DNA of 64,000 nt, from the NCBI RefSeq assembly GCF_963921235.1, contig NC_086097.1, forward strand, positions 190,714,001 to 190,778,000. Direction: 5' to 3'. This DNA is from Mobula hypostoma. Its lineage: Eukaryota. The notes below the pieces were generated by a model. That model did no database searches, was not told the DNA's origin, and saw only the letters and a list, made by a program, of their open reading frames with translations. Position numbers and translations under genes: made by a program. This document shows, in pieces, positions 63,163 through 64,000 of the stretch (positions are counted from its first letter, which is position 1; every line of letters begins with the position of its first letter).

Positions 63163-64000
63163 TCACATAGTAAAGCATGGCCATAGTTAAACAATTCTGT
63201 CCATGTGTCATGAACTCCTTGGAGCAGCCTGGCACTGGAGAGCATCAGGCCTCGGTCCTCTGACACATCATTGATTTGTTTTAAGTGACTGGTTTAGTCA
63301 TTAAGTTTTCCTTGTGCTTTTTCATGCAACTTGTTTTTGAATGTGTGTTTGTTGTGCATCCTGTTTTGAGTTGACTATGTTCTGATTTTGATATGCACAG
63401 GGTTCCCATGCAATATGCACTAATTATGTTCGTCATGACTAGTATTCATTGCTGAGTCCTGAATTTGGGTTTTGAGTGAACTAATATTCTGTGTACTCTA
63501 GCCCTCTCGAGTAAGTACACTTGAGTCATTTGTTATCTCTCTGTTATGTTCTTTGAATAAATCTTCATTGTTACTTTCCACCTTCAAGTCTTGAGTTTAC
63601 TCCATACCCTTGTTTTTTTTTTATTTTCCTGACGATCCCATTACACCGCAAGCTCAAGAGATCATACAGAATAGCTGAGAGAAAATGGAGACAAACTGAG
63701 CTAGAGATCCTCTGTAATACTTTCAAGGAAAAACTAGCCTTCTTTAATGTTATGATACATTCTGCAAGAAAAGCCCATTTCCTAAGATTATTACAGATAT
63801 TCAAGAATTCATTCAAGATTCAATACTTGAATCAGTGATTCAAGAATATTGTTCTCAACTATAAATCGACTGTTGAACTCTGCATCAACTATAATGTTCT
63901 CAGCCAAGCATCTATCACAAACTATGAGGAATCCGCGATATTTTTTATTAACAAATTTACTTCTATTTAGGAGAGTATAGCTACAGCTACAAGTACGTAG

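Overview
This is eukaryotic, repeat-rich, AT-rich DNA. The repeat spectrum (CR1 LINEs, V-SINE/HE1-like SINEs, Rex/Babar, RTE, Penelope tails) suggests a cartilaginous fish, probably a ray; that assignment is inference. I found no convincing host protein-coding gene, so the window looks intronic or intergenic. The main structure is a complete but decayed Gmr1-like Ty3/Gypsy LTR retrotransposon (3967-11233) with an ATAC target duplication, a tRNA-Pro primer site, a SCAN-like gag and the atypical PR-INT-RT-RH order. The rest is about 15 CR1 fragments (one young copy with a 531-aa RT ORF), several solo LTRs, RTE and Rex/Babar fragments, V-SINEs, CORE-like SINEs with probable RTE tails, a Tc1-like remnant, and Penelope remnants whose tails carry degenerate minimal hammerhead-ribozyme motifs. 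Other notable structures are a 96-nt hairpin in unique DNA, a perfect 57-bp inverted templated insertion, and weak candidate minus-strand exons. Family names come from recognising motifs by eye, not from database searches, and boundaries of old fragments are approximate.
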